A DNA stretch of 64,000 nt from Amphiscolops sp. MND2022 (Eukaryota). The notes beneath the pieces were generated by a model. It ran no database searches. It saw nothing but the letters and a program-made list of their open reading frames with translations, and was not told where the DNA came from. Location: assembly GCA_964187785.1 (NCBI GenBank), contig OZ076418.1:21948001-22012000 (forward strand). The letters run 5' to 3'. Positions within the stretch are counted from its first letter, which is position 1. Each line of letters starts with the position of its first letter. Shown one piece after another: positions 36,036-48,453 of the stretch. A program made the position numbers and the translations under genes.

Positions 36036-37749
36036 CTGCCTATCCCGAGATGTGATTGTCCGGCACTACCTGCCAAATTAGCAGCACTCCCAACTGAGCT
36101 TTTGTGCGAAGCATGGATGGCTGAAGATACAGCTGAAATTTTCTTCATATTTGAGTTTTTCTGATACAGAAAAGTATTAGAATGATGCTTCAATTGTGAC
36201 TCTGGAGAAGCAACGGATGGTTTCCATTCGCTGAAGTCTAATTCATCGTGTTTGATCTTCCAGATCATTTTCATCAGTTCTTCTTCTAGTTTCACCTTGC
36301 GATAAACGAAGAAACCCAAAACCATGATCACTATCACGAACAAGCAACATGCCAGCGAGGAAAAGGTTATGATGTATTTCAGCCTGTCCGGTTCTCTACA
36401 TTTTTCGTTTTCGTAACCACAATCTGGAGGCGTTTTGGGCACCTGCCCTGATATCCATGGAACCCCGGGAGCAAATGTTTCGTTGGTTCCATTTAGTTTG
36501 TAAGTAACATGCACTGAGAAATTACCCGATTCCGTATCCCACATTCTCCACACGTTCATTAGTGTGACCCGTTTGCCATAGTTGTCATACGTACTGGAAG
36601 AATAGGACAGTTTGTCTTCCGCAAACGTTTTATCTGCTATAAACTGTCTGAAGTCCCCCATGTGAATAGGCAACTTCTCGTCTCCAGTCCGAAGCCAAGT
36701 GCTTCTGGTTTCAATCGAGAAATTCATAGCCTGCATGAACAACCTGAGACCGTCGGAAGTAGCAGCCGGGAACTGGAGATGCTCGGCTAAAGGTGGCAAC
36801 TCGCAGCCAGAAAAGTCACTTTGCTCACATGCTTTGCTGTATTCTGCTCTTACAGTTTCCAATTTCTCTGCTCCACTAATCACCGGTTGCATGCGAAAGT
36901 AAAGAACGTGGCGGAAGAAATGTTTCAGGATTTGATTCTTTTCATGGTTCAAAGGAAGTGTGACGTCACGCCATGGTTGGATCCAGTCTGAGCCTGCCAG
37001 TGGGTGGTAGTTATCGAGACAGAGGATCACGTACTCTTCAATGGGCAATTTTAGATCATGGAAAAGTTTCCACATCATGTCACGGAAATGAATAGCTTCC
37101 ATGGAAACGACTATGACACGAGTCCACGACTGAAACGAAGTCGTTGTATTGTCAAACTTCTTCAGAACGTGGGCGCCGTTTGGCAATGCTTCAGTGAATA
37201 GCTCCACCTTACTTTGATCTAAACCACCACTTCTGCGCGTTAAAAAATTGTATCCGCTAGAGAACGCCAGAATGATGGTCCGGTAGAAATTATCCGGCCG
37301 TGTTGACAAGTAGATGAGAGCGAAATTGGGATCCCAGTCGAAATGCATCAACGTCTGATTAATGGCGTACGCAAAATCAGGAAGTTTGCCATTGCTACCA
37401 TGTTTATCGTACAAGAATTGCGGCATCAAAGATACGTAGCCTTTGGGATTTATATTGCCCCCGTACGCAACACCTACTGTTGTCATTGGCAAGTCATAGT
37501 TTTCGCACACTTTGTAAGTCCAACTCAATAGCGTGGGACACATTGGCCCAAAGAGTCCCTGGATACTGAAGTCGAAGTACATTCTAGCTGCTGACATGCT
37601 GTGTTTGTTGAAGTCACAATCTGTGTCGAGGTAGACCAGTTTGAAGAAATGATTGGGAAGATATATAGGCTGCCATTTCTTTATCGTCATTTCCAGGGAC
37701 ACCAGGGTCGCGTTTAGATTCAGACCAGCAATTGAGAAATCACGAAAAC
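36036..37749 (-). CDS. Receptor guanylyl cyclase exon 2: ANF-receptor-type extracellular domain, TM helix and juxtamembrane region
   Basis: Acceptor TTGCAG|G, donor AG|GTAAG. Motifs YLDTDC..GLFGPMC..LPMTTVG and PKTPPDCGYENEKC precede TM YIITFSSLACCLFVIVIMVLGFFVY, then YRKVKLEEELMKMIWKI. Confidence 0.92.
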
Positions 37750-38175
37750 CTGCAACAATTATTTTGTTTCATCCAACATTCGTAAACAAATTCGAAAACA
37801 TTTGAGTATTTATTACAAGTCAAGTAGAAACGTCTATTCGAAGCATGTATTCTCTAAAAATTAACATGTGTTGTATTCATCACGATGGTTTCCAAGATGC
37901 CGTTTCATGAGGCTATTTGTTGAAACTTTTTGAACAAATTGCAGAAATACAATTTTTGGAATTTCATGCATTAAAAATGAAGATTGTTTTATACACGTTA
38001 AAAAGTTCGAATTTCAGTGGAAGGCATGTACATACTTGCCCAAACCGATCAAATTTTCTGCCAACTTTAATATTTTCATCAAAAATCTTCTCTTTAATGT
38101 TTCAAAAAATCCCACAGAAACCATTCATTGAAACTGAATAGTGTGACATTATTGCCATAAATGGTATCTACTCAC

Positions 38176-38389
38176 CTGGAGCGAAAACGCCCAACCGGAA
38201 CTCCTCTTTGCCTGCGGTGTCATTTCCAACAATGTAGGTGGTAGCTTCGAGCTTGTAGTCGCCGCTTTGAATTGCTGCGACTGGCCGTGTTGTTTGGGAT
38301 AGAATCAAACACAGAACCAGAAGAATAGAGGTGAAGTTCTCTGGTAAATGAACCCGGTTGTGCATTTTGTAAGGAGGTAGTTGTAACAT
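38176..38389 (-). CDS. Receptor guanylyl cyclase (NPR-like), coding exon 1 with signal peptide
   Basis: MLQLPPYKMHNRVHLPENFTSILLVLCLILSQTTRPVAA: hydrophobic signal-like stretch. Ends CCAG|GTGAG (phase 1) and joins in frame to exon 2. The start could be the ATG at 38389 or at 38365. Confidence 0.7.
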
Positions 38390-41300
38390 ACGGAAGTTGG
38401 GGAAGTAGCAATTAAGACGGAGGAAGCATGAGTGAATTGAATTAGGTGCAAACAAAGTGTGGAACAGTGGTTGCGATGATGACCCGATGAAAAAGGGAGT
38501 GCGAAAGAGATTTACAAGATTTACTTGGGAATTAGAATTTGCCGATTTTGTTGGTTTTATTTCACGGCTGGGAGACCAAAATAACGCGAGTAAACAATCA
38601 GCTTTCACTCACTTGTCATGATACTGCAGTCCGCTCGTGTATTCGCAAGAAATGACCTTTTTCAAGACAAATTGACAGTTCACTTGGTACGTAGCACATT
38701 CATGTTGCGTAACATCGCATTCATATTCATGAACTCATGCAATACAAAGCTGCAAATGAAGTGAATGATAATTTAAAGACCATAAAGCTATCAGCAATGG
38801 CTTTCATAATCTCCCACTTTTTCAGATCTTGGCAAGGGAAATAAGTTAAGTAAGTAGTGATAACTGGGGCAACTTGTTAAGATGACCGTATTAGTCTGGA
38901 TGGTAAACTGAGAGACTTTTTCGGATGTAAGAAAAATAAATAATTTACAGACTAAATTCTGATCACGAGAGTACTGTAAGCATCATCTAATTTTGAATAG
39001 AAGAGACAAGTATACATCTTATCTCTTCAAGTCACGTCTGCAGCACAAAATCAGTTTCAAACAAAGAACCGCGGTGCCAAGAAAAAACACTCTGCGTTTT
39101 CTGCAATAGCTGTCTGTCGCGAGAAGAATTTTCAGTAATTTGGCTGTTGCTGCATTTGACGACAGCTGAGGCGCACTTTGAAGAAAAGCAGATGAAATCC
39201 CCACAGCTAAAGAAACTGACAAGTCAGCATAAACCGCTAACAATCGCAACTGAAAAGAAAAGTAAAATTTAAATTTTATTGACAAAGTGATATTTTTATC
39301 TGTGCAGTGAATTTTTTCGTTTGCTTCATTAGCCAACCTTTTTCGTTAAAATAAAGGTTAAGAAAAAGGAACATAGAAGTTTAATCGAAGGAGATGGGAT
39401 TAAAGGAGTTTGGGACGGAAACTAGCAGGGAACAAGCGCGACCATCTTCACAAAACGTCAAAGATAATCAGCAAACATGGCACAAGGATGTCAGATAAAA
39501 TTTGTAGAGTAGTTTGTGAGCTGGAAGCATCAGGCGTTTCGTTTCACTTGATGGTTAAAATGATGGAATAATGGGCATTTGGAGAGGAAATGATGTACGT
39601 AGTAATGACCGATTTCACACTTGGTCTTAACATCAAAATATAGCTGCTGCTTCTTCACTGCTTCTAATTCCCCAAGCGCGCTTCCTTGTATCTTCGTTTT
39701 GTTTTGGGATAAAACGACGACGGCTGTTGTTTTAGTGGGATGAGAAGTGAGTGGTGGTGGTTTGCACGTATCAAACAAATGTGGCGGCGATGAACTACTC
39801 TCTACTCTACTACCCTGTCACATAAATCAGTAAAATAAGACTTGGCAACAGAAGTTGAAGCAGCACCAATAGATACTGCCACTATTACTACTACTACTAC
39901 TGACGAAGATGGCGGCTAGCGGTTGTTGGTGTTGTTAGTTCACTCAGCGTTAAAAAGTGAAGCGTTGAAACAAAGTAATGCTGAAAACAAATAACAATTG
40001 CCCCTCTGTCGCCGATGTAACAACAAGCCAACAAATGACGGCGGCTGCGGCGGCGGCAATTGCGTCGTCGTTGTCGTGAATGTGAGATGGAATGGGAGAA
40101 AGTCCTAGCAGACTATTTTGCTTCCTGAAATATTTGCAACGCGGCTGTCGTCCCGGCGTTGCTGCTCTAGCTGTAGTAGTATCTCAAGCGACCAAGATAA
40201 AATTTAGCAGATAAACAATATAAAAGAAGCACAAATTTAGAAGACAGTGTTCCTTCTATTTCGCTGCGCTGTCCCCCTCCTCAAAATCGTAGTCGCAGTA
40301 GCATTGGTAGTGGTTGTCTAAAGAACGAGACAAAGACCATAGTTGCTGCTATTGCCTTGCGGAGGTGTCATTTAACGAAACTAAGAGAGGCAGGGAACAA
40401 CTTCTGCTAATGCTGTCAGAACAGACCTGTCGGTGTACCCGTATTCGATTGAGGCAATGGTGTCACGTTTACCAACTGAGGTACACCACACTTCGAAACA
40501 TGTTCAGTCATTCTTTGGAAATACTCAGTAGTATCTGTTCATAGCTGATAGCAATGGTAACAATGTACACAAAAACAATACTGGAATTTAGCGGCTGATA
40601 AGTGACTAAATCAAGCTCAACCTTTCAAGAAACCACTATTTTCGTGAGCACTCAGCCATTACTAAGCAATTGAATGCTGCTTCTCATTCGAATCGTTTTT
40701 GCCGTCACATCGCGGCCTCATATTTTTGTGACCTCTGCATTAAGTCGGTATTGAAGCATCTAATCTGAAACAACTATATTCTGAAAACTGATCTGATCGG
40801 CCACGTTTTCCATTTCGTAAGCAACCGCCTTTCTTTTTTATGACATTCAGAAAGCAGTGACAGGCGCCATTTTGGAACTGTGACCAATTTGAATCCCCAA
40901 ATAGTAAAAAAAAATATTTTGGTATCGTGCTTAATTCAAAGAGATCAAAAACAAACACGTGAGATGATAGTCTCCAGATCACATAATAATATTACACCGA
41001 CATACAGGGATTTTAAAATGCATTCTATTTAAATATATTGACAGAAAATAGAATACTTTGTATGAATACTTGATACAATACAAATATTTTTTTGTTCCAA
41101 TATATTTTGATATCCACTTTAAGGTTGGGAAGTTTTAATGCAAATGTGTTGTAATCTGATATCAATGTGTAAGTTTATAAGTCCTATTCACTTCAATTTC
41201 ATTCAGTAGAGCGAATGTTCAACAGCGTTAGATTTACAGGGGACAATAGGAAAGGAACTCTCCTTGTTGGTTTTGAAATGTTGCTTTCCTTGTTTGTAAA

Positions 41301-41458
41301 CCAATAGCTGAAAATTCATTCCAAGTGTAAAATTGATCTATTTCTTGGAGCAATATATTTTCTTCATACAATATACTCAACATATTTATTGTTGACAACG
41401 AGCAAAGCATACAACAAAATCATTTCGCAATTCCTGAATTTTAGGGTTCCGAGCAAAA

Positions 41459-41690
41459 GCCGCGTCGTTCATCAACATTGGACAAACTGTCCGATACCTT
41501 TTAACGCGACTCGAGGAGCATAGGATGAATAACGCTCCTATGAATCTACATTTTCAAAACTGTAATCAGAGGCCTACAAGTGTCGACTCTGTGTCTGATA
41601 CCTTGACTCTTCTAGCCTTTGACGCTATTTACATCAAGAGGAAGCCCTCAATCATCACAAAGAGAATTTCAGATCCCACACACTACAGTA
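41459..41690 (+). pseudogene. Penelope-like element GIY-YIG endonuclease remnant
   Basis: INIGQTVRYLLTRLEEHRMNNAPMNLHFQNC...LLAFDAIYIKRKPSIITK matches the YIGQT-R-L-R-EH...H...EA-YI-P-IN-K pattern. Confidence 0.72.
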
Positions 41691-41848
41691 TGCGTTCTAG
41701 TACCCAGCAACGCCACTCACACATGAAGTTTCTTTATCTGATAGCAACTATCTTCACTCCTTACATATAGACTTTTCGTTAATTCTAGCAAAGTTAATAT
41801 ATTTTTAGATGATGACTGATGAAGATCAATGATTGCAAAGCTTTTCAA

Positions 41849-44800
41849 CACATTTTTCTCAAACATATTCTGTTTTTTTTTCAATATACTATTTTAAGTA
41901 TATTCGTTTACATCTCTAAAACTGAATTGTAATGTAATGAGCCGAATGTAGAAAATAGGTCTCAAGCAGAATTTAATTTACGTTTTAGTACTATGTTATC
42001 CAATATGGAGAATACTGGTTGTAAGACTCGGCCTTCTGAACCAGTTACTGGCCTAGCAGTGACACGTCGCTCTGTTTCTTTATTTAGGACACTAGGGGTA
42101 TGTGAATACAGCTGACTCTAATCACTCGATATCGCATTCGACGATATCCAATACAATACTTTAACCTGACCTCAATTCGAATTCTTTCAAACAACCAAAA
42201 TGTATGATGAACAGATGTTCCGCTGTTTGAAATTTCGAAGCAATGGGAATTCTACGAGCCATAGACAAAACAGGGGTGTAAAAAGTTTTTTTACAGTTGA
42301 CCCAAGGTTAGAAAACAAGTGTGAATTGAAACAGCGTGAACCGATTGTGTGAAACGATTCATCTTTGATTACTTTACTTTCATCTAATCTACATTGAATT
42401 GTAAAATGACTGTTTTGCGCAATTGAAAAACAATCATCTACTTTTTGTTTTCGAATGCGTTTTTGTTGAGCCGTTGTTGACACTGCAGCTGTGTAGCGCA
42501 TTCACAACCAACCATCCTCTCTACCACAGATGCACACCAGTTCTTTCAAAGAGCAAGAAACCTTCACATTTTCCTGGCTTCAATGCGGGCGGTCCGTTTA
42601 ATAGTGAGTTAAAAAGAAATTAAGGTCCAAAAAAGGCATTCAGATTAGCAATGAATTTCAAATCCCACACTAAGTACCCAAAAAACGTAGGGGGCAAAAC
42701 CTCTATAGCTAGAAGACAATAGGCAAAGAATTTTTCTTCTTTTCTCATCTATCAGATATCATGGATCTTCGTTATTAATCAAGTGCCATGTGTATCATCA
42801 TGTTGGGGGGAGAAGACACACACCCGTGGTCTGCAACGAACGTAGGGAACCCCATACTAGCCACTATCATAGAAGAGCAGTAACAAAAATAACAACCAAC
42901 AAACTACTCATACCAGCCACTATCGCAGTCGACCGGTAGAATTTTTTTAACGCTGCAATGATATAGAGGTTTTTTTAAAGGCAAAGAATGGTGGAAAATA
43001 AGGACCGTGCGAACTGGAACCATTTTAAAAGGGTCTTTATGAAATGGAATTAGCCCGAGTTGAAGCATGGGCAGTCAGAAAAAGATAGACAAGGTGCTAG
43101 ATCGCTGCAAGCTGCAGAGCCTCCATACAGTGTCAAAAACGGTCCCCTGAATGAAACAAGCACCAAGAACATCAAGTGGAGGAGAGATTTATAAATTAAG
43201 AAGAAATGGTGGACAGGCAAGAATGGTGGTGGGTAAAGAATGGTGGAAAATAGTGTAAGAGCGAAAAACAAACGAAAGTTCATCTCTACAGAAACGGTGA
43301 ACGAGAATAAGACCCAAAAACTTCAAAAGGAAATAGTTTCATGAAAACCACTAATTGCAGTTTGTTCACATGGTATTTTACGGCTGTGGAGATTGTGGTG
43401 ACTATTCAAATCGTAGAATATTCAAACCGTCGAAAAAATCAAAGCTATTCAAAGCGTCGAAAGAATTCCATAGCAGCGATTATTTTCAGGTTATAATTTG
43501 AAGAGGTTAGCATATTTGTTGTATGGCTCGGTCGCCTCGCTCCCTTCGCCAAGTAGCAACATTGAGGCATGGCCATATGGCACGTCGCTCCGCTTCGCTT
43601 CTGCATTTAGGGCACTAGGAGTATGTGGACATAGCTGACTACGTTATCGTAATTAGTTCGTCGCTTGTACTGTATTCATTTTACTGAATTTGATTGGCTC
43701 ATTGAATGAGCCAATCAAATTCAGTAAAATTTCACATTTTTCTCAAACATATTCTGTTTTTTTTTTTCAATATACTATTTTAAGTATATTCGTTTACATC
43801 TCTAAAACTGAATTGTAATGTAATGAGCCGAATGTAGAAAATAGGTCTCAAGCAGAATTTAATTTACGTTTTAGTACTATGTTATCCAATATGGAGAATA
43901 CTGGTTGTAAGACTCGGCCTTCTGAACCAGTTACTGGCCTAGCAGTGACACGTCGCTCTGTTTCTTTATTTAGGACACTAGGGGTATGTGAATACAGCTG
44001 ACTCTAATCACTCGATATCGCATTCGACGATATCCAATACAATACTTTAACCTGACCTCAATTCGAATTCTTTCAAACAACCAAAATGTATGATGAACAG
44101 ATGTTCCGCTGTTTGAAATTTCGAAGCAATGGGAATTCTACGAGCCATAGACAAAACAGGGGTGTAAAAAGTTTTTTTACAGTTGACCCAAGGTTAGAAA
44201 ACAAGTGTGAATTGAAACAGCGTGAACCGATTGTGTGAAACGATTCATCTTTGATTACTTTACTTTCATCTAATCTACATTGAATTGTAAAATGACTGTT
44301 TTGCGCAATTGAAAAACAATCATCTACTTTTTGTTTTCGAATGCGTTTTTGTTGAGCCGTTGTTGACACTGCAGCTGTGTAGCGCATTCACAACCAACCA
44401 TCCTCTCTACCACAGATGCACACCAGTTCTTTCAAAGAGCAAGAAACCTTCACATTTTCCTGGCTTCAATGCGGGCGGTCCGTTTAATAGTGAGTTAAAA
44501 AGAAATTAAGGTCCAAAAAAGGCATTCAGATTAGCAATGAATTTCAAATCCCACACTAAGTACCCAAAAAACGTAGGGGGCAAAACCTCTATAGCTAGAA
44601 GACAATAGGCAAAGAATTTTTCTTCTTTTCTCATCTATCAGATATCATGGATCTTCGTTATTAATCAAGTGCCATGTGTATCATCATGTTGGGGGGAGAA
44701 GACACACACCCGTGGTCTGCAACGAACGTAGGGAACCCCATACTAGCCACTATCATAGAAGAACAGTAACAAAAATAACAACCAACAAACTACTCATACC

Positions 44801-45596
44801 AGCCACTATCGCAGTCGACCGGTAGAATTTTTTTTAACGCTGCAATGATATAGAGGTTTTTTTAAAGGCAAAGAATGGTGGAAAATAACGACCGTGCGAA
44901 CTGGAACCATTTTAAAAGGGTCTTTATGAAATGGAATTAGCCCGAGTTGAAGCATGGGCAGTCAGAAAAAGATAGACAAGGTGCTAGATCGCTGCAAGCT
45001 GCAGAGCCTCCATACAGTGTCAAAAACGGTCCCCTGAATGAAACAAGCACCAAGAACATCAAGTGGAGGAGAGATTTATAAATTAAGAAGAAATGGTGGA
45101 CAGGCAAGAATGGTGGTGGGTAAAGAATGGTGGAAAATAGTGTAAGAGCGAAAAACAAACGAAAGTTCATCTCTACAGAAACGGTGAACGAGAATAAGAC
45201 CCAAAAACTTCAAAAGGAAATAGTTTCATGAAAACCACTAATTGCAGTTTGTTCACATGGTATTTTACGGCTGTGGAGATTGTGGTGACTATTCAAATCG
45301 TAGAATATTCAAACCGTCGAAAAAATCAAAGCTATTCAAAGCGTCGAAAGAATTCCATAGCAGCGATTATTTTCAGGTTATAATTTGAAGAGGTTAGCAT
45401 ATTTGTTGTATGGCTCGGTCGCCTCGCTCCCTTCGCCAAGTAGCAACATTGAGGCATGGCCATATGGCACGTCGCTCCGCTTCGCTTCTGCATTTAGGGC
45501 ACTAGGAGTATGTGGACATAGCTGACTACGTTATCGTAATTAGTTCGTCGCTTGTACTGTATTCATTTTACTGAATTTGATTGGCTCATTGAATGA
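41849..45596. repeat. Near-identical tandem duplication, unit ~1.89 kb (41849-43709 and 43733-45596)
   Basis: Identical ORF-track entries are offset by 1886-1887 bp; by eye only a few substitutions and homopolymer differences. Confidence 0.95.
43510..43647 (+). repeat. Hairpin-rich 'CTGACTACGTTAT-ended' repeat (duplicate at 45397-45534; diverged relatives at 41940-42120 and 43825-44006; fragment at 46098-46138)
   Basis: CATATTTGTTGTATGGCTCGGTCGC.TCGCTCCCTTCGCC...GGCCATATGGCACGTCGCTCCGCTTCGC..CTGCATTTAGGGCACTAGG..ATAGCTGACTACGTTAT. Confidence 0.85.
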
Positions 45597-46014
45597 AAGT
45601 TTGGTCACGTGACTATGACGCGCAGTATTTACTGCGTGTAAACTTCTTTCGACGCTTTGAATATTCTACGATTTGAACCGTCCCCGGAGATTGTGCCCCT
45701 GAAGGGCAAGTTTTTGTGTACTTGTTATAAACTTTTTCAGGGATTCGCAGTCCTTTTCGTTGGGTCGGCATAGTCCTCGGGTCAACATACCAAACTATTG
45801 ATTGGGATCGAAACAACTCCAAAATCTAAGGATTATGGCGATCAACACAGATAACCATCAGGCATCGAAAAATATTGCAAAACGTGAAAAAAAAAGCAGA
45901 TGAAATTGAGGCAATCAACACACAAAAAAACATTAAATAACAATTTTTCCATCATTATTTCTTTCCTCCCATTGATTTCATAAAATATTCAGATCTCAAA
46001 TCATGGCGGCTATT

Positions 46015-46110
46015 CACAAGTCCGAAAAGAAATTTGGGTTGCACAAGTCCGAAAAGAAATTTGGGTTGCAGAAGTCCGAAAATGAACTTGGGTTGCACAA
46101 GTCCGAAAAA
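46015..46110. repeat. 27-bp minisatellite, ~3.5 copies
   Basis: Unit CACAAGTCCGAAAAGAAATTTGGGTTG. Confidence 0.88.
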
Positions 46111-46262
46111 ATGCTTCATATTTGTTGTATGGCTCGGTCGCTTCGCTCCCTTCGCCAGCGTGTACTTGTTTGATTCCATTATCCGCAAATCATTGTCCAA
46201 AATCTGCAATGTGAATTTTGATGGAAGCAGCTATACTCAAGCGATTCTCCCAGTCTCCAAAA

Positions 46263-46820
46263 GGTTACCAGTCACTTGGCTTAAAACCATTTGGCTTAAT
46301 TTTTTCGTCGAGTCATATGGCTTAAAAATTTTAAGCCAAGTGACCACAAAATTGTGCCAACTCCATTCCAACTCAAGGAAAAAATATGTCAACTTCCGGG
46401 AATATCACAATGTGGGGCATATGCGGTGTATGCACGCTCGCCCTCACCGTCGCAAAGACCAGCTCCCACTACGATCGCTTCGCGATCTTCGTTCCCGCTA
46501 GGTCTTAGCTCCTGTTCGACCTCGCTTAGCAAGATGGGAATATAGGCGACCCCAAGGGGCCGCAGGGCACTAGAGGAAATGGGGACATATCGGAGGGGTA
46601 CTTGATATGACATGTTACAATAATACGCTGACTACGTTATGAAGATAAATTCGACAAAATCTGCCACGTGTTTTCAACTAAGTGGTTTCAAGTCAAATGA
46701 CTTTAAGCCAAGTGACCAATACCCGAGACACTTGGCTTAAAAAAAATAAGCCAAGTGACCAATTGTATTAAGCCAAATGACTTTAAGCCAAATGGCATTA
46801 AGCCAAGTGACCATTTACCC
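46263..46820. mobile_element. Sub-repeat MITE (TTAAGCCAA units) with a nested hairpin repeat at 46412-46640
   Basis: Arrays of TTGGCTTAA / TTAAGCCAA; right end GTGACC-ATTTA-CCC; flanks share TCCAAA; removing it restores the CRE-like reading frame LPVSKGG. Confidence 0.7.
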
Positions 46821-46916
46821 TCCAAAGGGGGCATAGACATTGCATCGGCTTCCCAGATTGCTCTTCCTGCTTTTTTAGCTTCAGCAACGGGCGCCAAACC
46901 TGCTTTGTCGTGTATC

Positions 46917-47618
46917 GGGTGGCTGTAAAGAGGTCGAATTTTTCTGGTCGAAAGAACAGAGGTCGAACCTTTTGATCGAATTGCAGGGATCGAATGGAAT
47001 GCGGTCGAATTTTATCGTATTTGTTGTATGGCTCGGTCGCTTCGCTCCCTTCGCCAAGTAGCAACATTGAGGCATGGCCATATGGCACGTCGCTCCGCTT
47101 CGCTTCGCTCCTGCATTCAGGGCACTAGGGGTATGTGAACGGGGCAGGGACATTTCGTCATCAGCCATTTGGGCGACAAAAATCTCTGCCCCTTTCGGCG
47201 ACAATAATGTCGCCCAAGTGTCCCGTCAAATATGTTCACATAACCCTAGTGCCCTAAATGCAGGAGCGAAGCGAAGCGGAGCGACGTGCCATATGGCCAT
47301 GCCTCAATGTTGCTACTTGGCGAGGGGAGCGAAGCGACCGAGCCATAAAACAAATATGCTAACTCCTCTAAATATATCAGTTAATTGATCAATTTGATCA
47401 ACCCATTTGGTCAACACTTTTGTCGCCCATGTGACCGACGCCATATTGTCGCCCAAATGGCTGGTGACGAAATGTCCCTGACCCATGTGAACATATCTGA
47501 CTACGTTATAAAAAATTCGATCCTAGTTGTTTCGATGCCATTCAAAAAATTTGGTATGTCGACCTGAGGACAAACTCTAATTTTCGATCCCGTTCCTTCG
47601 ACCTACTTCCGCCCACCC
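46917..47618. mobile_element. Mutator-like MITE with 9-bp TSD, containing further nested elements
   Basis: TCGTGTATC|GGGTGG...CCACCC|TCGTGTATC; RGGTCGAA sub-repeats. Confidence 0.8.
47141..47484. mobile_element. MITE with ~40-bp TIR and 8-bp TSD, inserted in a hairpin-rich repeat (47018-47509) and carrying an inverted copy of that repeat (47225-47370)
   Basis: ATGTGAAC|GGGGCAGGGACATTTCGTCATCAGCCATTTGGGCGACAA ... TTGTCGCCCAAATGGCTGGTGACGAAATGTCCCTGACCC|ATGTGAAC. Confidence 0.85.
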
Positions 47619-48453
47619 TCGTGTATCCTCCCGGAAGATTATGTTGATGCATCGTTTGAATAGGCTCTGGATTTATGGTTGACGAGGGCGAACCTGACAG
47701 AAGCACCGTCGGACTCCATCCAAAAACATTGGACTTCTCCTCTGAGCGATGCTACTTTTAATCAACTTATTACAGACCTTGATGCGGAAACTGTCAAAAG
47801 GCTGAATGATTATCAAGACCCCTTTGGTTCAGCTTGGCTGAATGTTGTACCAAGCAAAAATCTCGGTCTGAAGTTGACAGATCAGCAACTGCGCTTCTCC
47901 TTATCCCTCCGCCTGGGTTCGAAAATTTGCGAAAAACACACTTGCCGCTGTGGTAAACTTGTCGAAGAGAACGGACGTCATGGTCTTTCCTGTGCCAGAA
48001 GCGCGAGACGTTTCGCGAGGCACCACAACCTCAATACTCTCGTGAAACAGGCGCTGAGTTCCATCAAAGTTCCCTCAATTTTGGAACCATATGGTCTGAC
48101 CCGAACAGATGGAAAGCGCCCAGATGGAATTACCCTAGCGCCCTGGGAGGAAGGCAAGCAATTAGTCTGGGATGTTACTTGTGTCGATCTTCTCGCCCCC
48201 AGTAGAAAAGAGAACGGGTCTGTTGCCAACCCAGGCACAGCAGTGGAGGATGCAGGGGAATTGAAAACGGCTAAATACGTTTGTTTCACTGACAATGGAT
48301 ACATCTTCCAACCATTAGCCTTTGAAATTCAGGGAGGAGTCGGACCTTCCACGTCTACCTTCTTGAAAATCCACGCAATGAAATTATTCAAGAAAAAAAA
48401 TAATACCTTTCCTAGAGGTCTCAACAAAATTTTCAGTACTTTTTTCCTCTAAA

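Larger units (their letters stand above)
46140..48375 (+). mobile_element. CRE-like non-LTR retrotransposon 3' part (post-RT region, zinc motif, restriction-like endonuclease), split by two nested insertions
   Basis: FDSIIRKSL..QAILPVSK|GG..IASASQIALPAFLASA|..GSAWLNVVPS..LR..L.LRLG..CRCG..HGLSC..RHHNLN..RPDGITL.PW..G..LVWDVTCVD. Confidence 0.85.

Noticed and set aside
38600-40560. Possible 5' UTR exons and promoter of the cyclase gene (acceptor-like site ~39251, donor-like site 38612, CTA/GGC runs)
   Set aside because: Non-coding exons cannot be validated from sequence alone.
42187-43283. Duplicated ORFs of 104, 66 and 77 aa
   Set aside because: They recur only because of the tandem duplication and show no recognisable domain; a decayed LINE tail is possible but could not be supported.
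45955-46209. ORF with (KFLFGLVQP)n repeats
   Set aside because: Simple translation of a 27-bp minisatellite; it is not a CRISPR array because there are no unique spacers.
47227-47358. CAAATATG on both sides of the inverted repeat copy, suggesting a TSD or Crypton-like terminal repeat
   Set aside because: The left instance is a variant of the element's own CATATCTGAC end, and homology continues past the right instance.
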